NCBI GenBank assembly: GCA_010909165.1
Contig: VJWM01000019.1
Coordinates: 1,550,001-1,614,000, forward strand
Source of the DNA: Anthoceros angustus
Taxonomy: Eukaryota > Plantae > Anthocerotophyta
Length of the DNA: 64,000 nucleotides
Direction of reading: 5' to 3'
Shown: in pieces, positions 63,179-64,000 of the stretch
Layout of the letters: each line of letters begins with the position of its first letter
How positions within the stretch are numbered: position 1 is the first letter of the stretch
Made by a program: the position numbers and the translations under genes
Notes under the pieces: model-generated
Databases searched by the model: none
What the model was told of the DNA's origin: nothing
What the model saw: the letters and a program-made list of their open reading frames with translations, nothing else

Positions 63179-64000
63179 CAGTGCATCCCGAAGTTCACTA
63201 GACTGGCTGCCTGAAGTGCTTCATCTGATTGTTAACCTGAGGGACGGCTTGATTGCAGATTCCATTCCCAGAAGAGCATCCTTTGCCTTCGCACGGCCCA
63301 ACGGGAGAGGATATGACCCAGTTCACAACAAGTAGGCAAAACCCAGAACCCCTAACCACGAACTTTGTGGTCTTGCTCAGAACAGGTGCTACAAGTTGTG
63401 ACAAGTTCTTTTTCGAAGCCGTTCAAAATCGTAGAGCACTGGCTACTGAAGCTCAGTAGCCCGGTGCTCGTCCATGTCTCGGTCAGACGAACTAGCAAAC
63501 AACCAAGTCAAGCACTTCGTTCACATTCTGAGCTATGGTTGGAATACGACGGCATGATGGTGCTCTCCAGTGATGAGAAGGAAGATGTATCATTGCCTGA
63601 TTCCGTGCATCGTTTCGCTGGCCAGCAACTGCACAGAAAAACCAGGCGTTAGGCGCTTGAATATGCTTACCATTGAGGGTCGCTTTCCAAGTTTTGTGAG
63701 CAGCAGATTGCCTTTCAGGTTCGTATTGACTGGGAAGAGACAGGAAATCTGTCCCGACTTGGTGCCTGAGCTTGAGGCGTTCAAGAGTTGTGTCCATCCG
63801 ACTCCAAGCTGTTGTGATTTTTCATTCCATCATCTCGATTCTGTCCTAGTAAGCCATCAGGAGAGAGACGAGAGGGAATCTGATTTTACCGGCCTCAAGC
63901 AAGAGCTCGACGGGCCCAGCTGATTGCTTCACGGAGCTAGAGGAATTGGACACGGCGGAGAGACGACTGTTGGGGATTGTTCCTCCCAAGCCTCTAATGG

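Noticed and set aside
63198-64000. Short overlapping ORFs at the window end
   Set aside because: No recognisable domain and the strand cannot be determined.

Overview
Eukaryotic nuclear DNA with short (~60-100 bp) GT-AG introns and plant-type genes. The source is probably a non-seed land plant or streptophyte; hornwort-like is only a guess. Host genes: a spliced WW-WW-TM-GT49 (LARGE/B4GAT1-like) glycosyltransferase (-), SMG7 (-), a PC4/KIWI coactivator (+), HY2 phytochromobilin synthase (+) and a cyanobacterial-type ArnT/PMT_2 membrane glycosyltransferase (-). The first 9 kb hold a decayed bacterial-type beta-class N4C/N6A DNA methyltransferase gene, split in two by a 7.5 kb CCCTA-ended TIR transposon. 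The 22-56 kb block is a nest of mobile DNA: an RLE-type (CRE-like) LINE relic, a copia 3' fragment, a probable gypsy-like element, and a full-length copia with TA...CA LTRs and a GGTAT TSD. That copia is itself interrupted by a ~13.7 kb element encoding a DUF3504/Crypton-type tyrosine recombinase. A non-autonomous TIR element follows. The 27.6-46 kb part shows many indel-rich local duplications that look like long-read assembly or polishing errors, so frameshifts there should be read cautiously. All protein assignments come from motif recognition by eye, not from database searches.
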